From assembly GCA_048938445.1 (NCBI GenBank), contig JBHLME010000090.1, positions 1 through 18,399 on the forward strand: a stretch of DNA of 18,399 nt. Reading direction: 5' to 3'. The notes beneath the pieces were generated by a model. The model ran no database searches. It saw nothing but the letters and a program-made list of their open reading frames with translations, and was not told where the DNA came from. A program made the translations under genes and the position numbers. This stretch comes from Promethearchaeota archaeon (GTDB lineage Archaea > Asgardarchaeota > Lokiarchaeia > Sigyniarchaeales > SOKP01). Positions within the stretch are counted from its first letter, which is position 1; the number at the start of each line of letters is the position of its first letter. Shown piece after piece: positions 16,335 through 18,399 of this stretch.

Positions 16335-16724
16335 TTAAGGAACGGGATATCTTTTTCCAATCTCACCAGCATAATAACGGAATACAGTTACTACCTTTCC
16401 CAAATCTTCAAGCTTCCTACATGCTCCCATCAAGAAAAATCGTCCTGCTGAGCTTAAAATAATGAAAGCATCACTTCCCCTTAATACTACTTCAAGCATC
16501 TGATGATAACCTAATGATGAGACTGCCTCTGAAGCACTCTGTAGCACTACAGCGCTCATGCTTGAAAATAAGTCTGCATTGACTTCATAAGTAGGAATAG
16601 AAGAAAAGGCTAATTTTAGACCTTCACGGGTTATTAACGCAAGAGCTTCCAATTCAGTGTGTTCAGTAATATTTCCTAAAAAATTTGATAAGCTCAATGC
16701 TTCTTCGGGTGTTAAATCGCTCAT
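16335..16724 (-). CDS. Roadblock/LC7 (MglB/LAMTOR2-like) domain protein, full-length form
   Basis: 'LEALALITREGLKLAFS', 'LFSSMSAVVLQSASEAVSSLGYHQMLEVVLRGSDAFIILSSAG', and C-terminal helix 'DLGKVVTVFRYYAGEIGKRY'. Confidence 0.88.
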   Translation of the reverse strand: MSDLTPEEALSLSNFLGNITEHTELEALALITREGLKLAFSSIPTYEVNADLFSSMSAVVLQSASEAVSSLGYHQMLEVVLRGSDAFIILSSAGRFFLMGACRKLEDLGKVVTVFRYYAGEIGKRYPVP

Positions 16725-16940
16725 TTTTCTCAGATTTTATACTTAAATCTATTTTTATTTTTTGTATTAATTTTATTATAGAAACTTAATAATATAAGTT
16801 TAATTTTATGATGTTGCTCAATTTTAATAAATGTATACTTTAATGTGCTTTAAAATTATTTCATTTTAACTAGTAAATAAAAAATAATAAGTAAAAACAG
16901 TATATGATACCGTGAGAATATAAAAAAGAAATTGAGTATA

Positions 16941-17756
16941 TTACCCAAGTTGCTTCTTGATCTGGTTTTGGAGGATGTCTTTTTTCGATTTTGGCTCATA
17001 TTCTCCTCCAGCGCGACGTAAAAACTCAATTGCCAGAATTTTTCCGTTTTCAGATAGTATTCGTGGAGAATAATCTTCGGCAAAGAATACTCCTTCAGGT
17101 ATAGATCCTACTTTCTCAATGACCTTTTCAACTTGTTTTTTACCTAGAAAATTTTGGACTTTTTCTACGATTGAATAAGCATGATTCCCAATAATGATTA
17201 ATTCACGTTCATAGCCAGGTGGTATTTGTATTTCTTCGAGTTTTTGCATTATTTGTTCAAAATTTACCTGTTGCTCCTCTTGCATGAATTGACTCATAGA
17301 TCCTGCACCAGTATATAATGGTCCGGCATTATCTTTAACACGATCTCGACTACCTGCGATATTCATGCCTTCTGCGGGTTTAGGAGGTTCAAAAATTGCT
17401 TTTTGACGTAGTGGATTGACTGCTGCACCTGCGCCTGGATCTTCTTTTATTTCTTTAGCGATACCGGCCTCTGTTTTACCTCCCATTATTCTTATTAATT
17501 CTGAATCCTCGTCTCCTTCATCAACCGAGACAGATCCATAATGCAGTCCTACTTGACCTCGAATATCTTGGCTTCGTTTAGCACCAACAAACTTAGATCT
17601 TACATTACTTTGACTTCCAAGCCATAAAAAGATTTTTCTTATATCATCAGCTACGATAACATACACTTCTTCTGATTTCATGATGTCCTTTATCGGGCCA
17701 TCTGCTGTCAGTTCCGTTGTAGTTCCGTCGGGATTTACCTTGAAAATTTGGGGCAT
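16941..17756 (-). CDS. Single gelsolin/villin-like domain + linker + unknown C-terminal domain (1DGelX-like architecture)
   Basis: 'IFKV...MKSEEVYVIV...KIFLWLGSQSNVRSKFVGAKRSQDI...VDEGDEDSELIRIMG' matches the gelsolin repeat (W-x-G-x-x-S, EGxE). A second globular region begins near 'FEQIMQKLEEIQIPPGYERELIIIGN'. Confidence 0.88.
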   Translation of the reverse strand: MPQIFKVNPDGTTTELTADGPIKDIMKSEEVYVIVADDIRKIFLWLGSQSNVRSKFVGAKRSQDIRGQVGLHYGSVSVDEGDEDSELIRIMGGKTEAGIAKEIKEDPGAGAAVNPLRQKAIFEPPKPAEGMNIAGSRDRVKDNAGPLYTGAGSMSQFMQEEQQVNFEQIMQKLEEIQIPPGYERELIIIGNHAYSIVEKVQNFLGKKQVEKVIEKVGSIPEGVFFAEDYSPRILSENGKILAIEFLRRAGGEYEPKSKKDILQNQIKKQLG

Positions 17757-17894
17757 CTATGTATTTCCTCACTTTTTTAATAATTAATATAATCTATATA
17801 TGTTATACCTATTTAAATAATACGACTAGAGGTTAATAAATCTTTATTTAAGAACATCAATTATTAAAAAATCATCAATGTTCATGTAATTGAA

Positions 17895-18206
17895 TTAACA
17901 TTCCTCGGGTCGTAGAATGTTTTCAATAGTGTTCATGAATAATATGAGCTGATTTTTGACTCTCGCGTGTTTTTCGGGATTTTTTATCTCATTTGGTAAT
18001 TCATTTACTGCCCAACCATACATCACTTTGGGTAATGCTTGGCTAACATCGACTTTAATATTCCCTTTTTGAAATGCTTCCATGGCATCTTCAATGACTC
18101 TAGTGAAATTTTGTTGATTTTCCAAGATTTTTTCTATTGATTCTTCATCATTTATAGACGTAAGTAATATTTGTAGATTTTCTTCCAGTTTTTTTAATAT
18201 GCTCAT
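17895..18206 (-). CDS. Hypothetical small alpha-helical protein
   Basis: 103-aa ORF with ATG start that fills the intergenic gap, is co-oriented with its neighbours and has amphipathic helices. Confidence 0.72.
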   Translation of the reverse strand: MSILKKLEENLQILLTSINDEESIEKILENQQNFTRVIEDAMEAFQKGNIKVDVSQALPKVMYGWAVNELPNEIKNPEKHARVKNQLILFMNTIENILRPEEC

Positions 18207-18287
18207 GATTCTAAGTAATGTAAACGATTTGTTTTATATAAAATATACCCTAATACATTAAAAGTATAAAAATAGTGGAGAAGCATT

Positions 18288-18399
18288 TCATTGAATGCTA
18301 ATTACGTGATTGCATACCCAGCAGTTCTCTCCTTTTTCTTTTAGAACTTTAGCACAATTCAAGCAGTAAAATGTATTACATTCGGGACATGTATAAATA
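18288..18399 (-). CDS. 3' end of a gene entering from the right edge; C-terminal Cys-rich Zn-finger (RING/PHD-like)
   Basis: Not in the ORF track. Manual translation from 18398: IYTCPECNTFYCLNCAKVLKEKGENCWVCNHVISIQ-stop (TGA at 18288-18290), with three CxxC pairs. Confidence 0.85.
   Translation of the reverse strand, partial: IYTCPECNTFYCLNCAKVLKEKGENCWVCNHVISIQ

Noticed and set aside
16856-17083. 75-aa minus-strand ORF overlapping the gelsolin 3' end, considered as a frameshift extension adding a hydrophobic tail
   Set aside because: The hydrophobic tail derives from AT-rich intergenic DNA and the gelsolin frame ends cleanly; no positive evidence for recoding.
14058-18399. Zn finger + vWA + gelsolin in nearby genes considered as a split Sec23/Sec24
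   Set aside because: The vWA has a canonical MIDAS and unrelated N-terminal domains, the Zn finger is RING-like and C-terminal, and no Sec23 helical or beta-sandwich region is visible.

Overview
Very AT-rich (roughly 30% GC by eye), gene-dense archaeal DNA. The gene content points to an Asgard archaeon, probably Lokiarchaeia-like (inference). The left part (1-7393) holds a partial uDENN/longin-like gene, a small membrane protein, an ICMT/STE14-family membrane methyltransferase, a CxxC peroxiredoxin-like protein, a membrane-anchored collagen-like/Ig/beta-helix surface protein, a DEAD-box RNA helicase and an apparently orphan N6/N4 DNA methyltransferase. The right part (7494-18399) is a co-oriented minus-strand run rich in eukaryotic-signature proteins. 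In transcription order: partial Zn-finger gene, small helical protein, single gelsolin domain plus unknown domain, Roadblock/LC7, CDC48-N-like/polyproline/vWA protein with no AAA domain, C-terminally short Roadblock, AbrB-ACT regulator, Lys-rich/coiled-coil protein, divergent actin-related protein, helical protein with an apparently catalytically dead CHAT domain, and coiled-coil plus degenerate PLD-like protein. This actin-centred neighbourhood is the best candidate for an undescribed system. No rRNA, tRNA, CRISPR array or mobile element was recognised. All domain calls come from motif recognition by eye, not from searches.
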